DNA of 64,000 nucleotides from Octopus sinensis (taxonomy: Eukaryota). Of this stretch, positions 61,182 through 64,000 are shown in pieces (position 1 is the first letter of the stretch; every line of letters starts with the position of its first letter). The DNA lies in NCBI RefSeq assembly GCF_006345805.1, contig NC_043015.1, positions 30,442,001-30,506,000 on the forward strand, written 5' to 3'. The position numbers and the translations under genes were made by a program. The notes under the pieces were generated by a model. That model saw only the letters and a program-made list of their open reading frames with translations. It searched no databases and had not been told where the DNA came from.

Positions 61182-63369
61182 GTGAGACAGCCGACATTTT
61201 CTTTGCTCACATCTTATACAACCCTCTTTTTTCTTGTCCCACCTCACCTGTCCCTCTCTCTCTCTGTATATATATGTATATATATATAATATATGTATGT
61301 ATAATATACACACACGTTTCCCTTGTCTTTCTCCTTCATTTTTAATCTCTCAGCCTCCTTTCGTCTCTTGTCATTCCTTCATTCCTTCTTTTTCCCCGTC
61401 TTCTTTCTCCTTCCTCCCTTTCCACCATACATCTCTGTTTCTCTCGTAATCTCTTTCCTTCCTTTCTCTCTTTACTCCTTCTTATCTCCTTCTCCATCTC
61501 CCCCCCCCCCATCTTACTCCTTTCCTTACCTACATTTCTCCATTCTCTCTTCACCCACCTTCCTTCCTTCCTTTCTCTCTCTCTCATTCTCTCCGTATCT
61601 CTCTTAGTCTTTCTCTTCGCCAGCTTCCTCTCACGTCCCCCCTCCCTTCTCCGTCCGCGCACCTCTCTCTCTCTCTATCTCTGTTCCTTCATCACTTCTC
61701 CCTTCCCTCCACTCCCTCTCTATCCAAAAGTCACAATCACAGCCTTTCCAATGGCCTGACCTGGTACCTGGTACAGCTTTTATTCTCTGTGTTTCTATTA
61801 TTATTATTAGGTAAGAAAAACCAAACTGTCGTCATTGATGGACTCAAGGATCTTCCAACTGTTGCCATTCCCCGTTCTTTAAACTGTTGCCGTTTCTCTT
61901 TTGTTGTTGTTATTGTTATTTAACCCCGAGTCAGCCCCGTTGAAGCAGGACATTCCCGCCCTGACCATCTCATCTTTTTGTCTAACTACATTGTTCAGTG
62001 TGTCCTTTTTTTCTTCTTTTCTTCGAGGACGATAAAGCGATTCGGGAAGATTTGGCTGTTGTTTCTAGCAAATTGTGCGACCACATAGGGGCTACTTTTT
62101 TTCGTTGTTGTTGCTGTTAATGTCGTTCACAATCATCACTTTATCCCAACTTCTTTATTTTATAATTTCATAGTTCTTTTCTCACCTTGTTGAGCCCCAG
62201 TTCAGCCCCTATTAAGCAGCAACCCTTCGATCAGAGCCAGTTCCACCGTTGACCATGTCCTTTCCTATGATTCCTATATCTAGAATTTTAAGACGATAGC
62301 AGAGTGAGTTGAGGGGGTTTCTGCTATTATTTCTAGCAGATCACTATTTTTATTGTCACTATTCACCTTGTCTAAACCCTTCCCCATCCTAACTCAGTTG
62401 TCACTTTCCACCGTCTCTTAATTACTGAATTCCAGGTAAACCTCTGATCAAACACACTTATGATCAAATCAAAGACTTTCCAACTGTGACCATCCCATAT
62501 TTTTTTCATTCATTCAAACATAGTATATCGCAGAACTGCATCACCTAATTCTTTCTTTTCGTTTGTAAAGACATTAAAGTGATTCGAAGGAGATTTTGGC
62601 TGCTGTTTCTCGCTGATCGACCGACTACGTAGAAACTCCATCGAACACGAAGAGACGTTTCCTCTTGGTATAATATTACGGTTTCTTGAATCCCTCCTTC
62701 TTCTTCCTCACCCGCAAAAACTTCACCTTCAAAACCGATTCCACGTTCGTTCCTACCGTTTTTGTCTTTCACTCTCCTTTAATGACCGCAGTAGTCTCTT
62801 GTAAACAGATTCATCCAAACACCACCTTTAAATACCCATTTATAACGGCACGAGGTGGCGAGGGTGCACTGAATTCCCCCCAAATAACGACCCTACCACC
62901 TTAAGTAAGAAAGGTCACATTGGACTGTTATAGTCCTACATATTTTGTAAGAAGACGGAATGGTAACGACTAGAATGCCTTTGATCAGAGGTCTGTTCAA
63001 TCAGGATTTACCTGGGGCTAAACAAGATCAACACCACTTGTGTACCTGTATGTGTGAATTTGTGTATACATCTCTTGATACATGTATATACATACAAATA
63101 TACATACAAATATACGTACACAGAACATTAGTGTGTAGGGAAAGAGAAGGGTGGAGGGGCAGTGGGTGTCTTTTTTTTTATTTTTTATTTATTTTTATTG
63201 TTCTTTAGTTTCTCGTTTTATTTCTTACATCAAAAGTAATTTCTTTCTTTCCCCCTTGGTTCAATATCTCAGGGTTTGTAGGAGAGAGAGGTAGGGAATT
63301 GAGATTCCGTGACATTCATTCTGTTCGCCGTATAAAATGGCTCCAACCGAGAATAATAATAATAATAAT

Positions 63370-63545
63370 AATGGTTTCAAATTATGGCACAAGGCCAGCA
63401 ATTTTCGGGGAAAGTGGTATAAGTCGATTACATCTACTCCAGTGCTCAACTGGTACTTGTCTTATCGACCCCGAAAGGAGGAAAGGTAAAGTCGACCTCG
63501 GCGGAATTTGAGCTCAGAACGTAAAGACAGACGAAATACCGTTAA
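63370..63545 (-). mobile_element. SINE family A
   Basis: Family match. Confidence 0.8.
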
Positions 63546-64000
63546 CAATAATAATAATAATAATGTTTATAATTTTGACACAATGATAATTTAGGTACAA
63601 AACCAACAGTTTTGAAGTGTGAGGTTAGTCGATACCATCGACCCAGTCTTTGACTGCTACTTTATTTTATCGATCCGAAAAAGGACACTGTTTGACATCG
63701 GCGAGATTTGAAAGCACCAAAGTCAACTTCGCCTTTCTTCCTTTCGGGGGTCGATAAATTAATAATAATAATAATAGTAACAACAACAACAATAATGATA
63801 ATAATCGTAACGAATTTTTAAGCACAAGGCCAGTGATTTCGAGAGGGTGGATGGTAGGCGATACCAGCGACTCCAGTACTTCACTGGTACTTGGGTCGAT
63901 ACCATCGACTGTTTCCCCCCCCCCTACTCCACCTCAAAACTGGCCTCATGCCTAACCAAATTAGAAACCATTATCTTTATTAATAGGTGTATCTGCGTTT

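Larger units (their letters stand above)
60860..61200. promoter_or_regulatory. CpG-rich putative promoter/first-exon region
   Basis: Visibly CpG-rich against a CpG-poor background; ETS-like ACTTCCTG and GGCGGAAA, YY1-like CCGCCAT; donor consensuses on both strands. Confidence 0.45.

Overview
AT-rich, repeat-dense animal genomic DNA. The SINE families, (TA)n/(CAT)n/(CAC)n microsatellites and RTE/CR1 LINE relics resemble an Octopus (coleoid cephalopod) genome; that is recognition, not a database match. Nearly all ORFs in the supplied track are microsatellite or transposon shadows. Supportable genes, all on the + strand: (1) the 3' end of an MFS transporter, probably SLC16/monocarboxylate-transporter-like, with phase-consistent exons at 1619-1669, 3686-3869, 8032-8086, 18797-18809/18898 and 20050-20096 that allow at least three alternative C-termini; (2) a weaker chain of small exons at 26.8-50.3 kb that could encode an unrecognised 88-140 aa protein; (3) probable 5' exons of a third gene in a CpG-rich region near 61 kb. 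The remainder is SINEs, TTAA/hAT/mariner MITEs, Tigger, Tc1/mariner, hAT, CR1, RTE and gypsy fragments. The most unusual signal is a set of long inverted repeats, three of which (11197-11341, 20612-20742, 58376-58583) contain hammerhead-ribozyme cores of the minimal Penelope-type architecture. The copy at 20628-20678 (- strand) has an intact catalytic core and stems I and III. No CRISPR, rRNA or intact tRNA gene was found. TE and SINE boundaries are read by eye and approximate unless a TSD or TIR is given.
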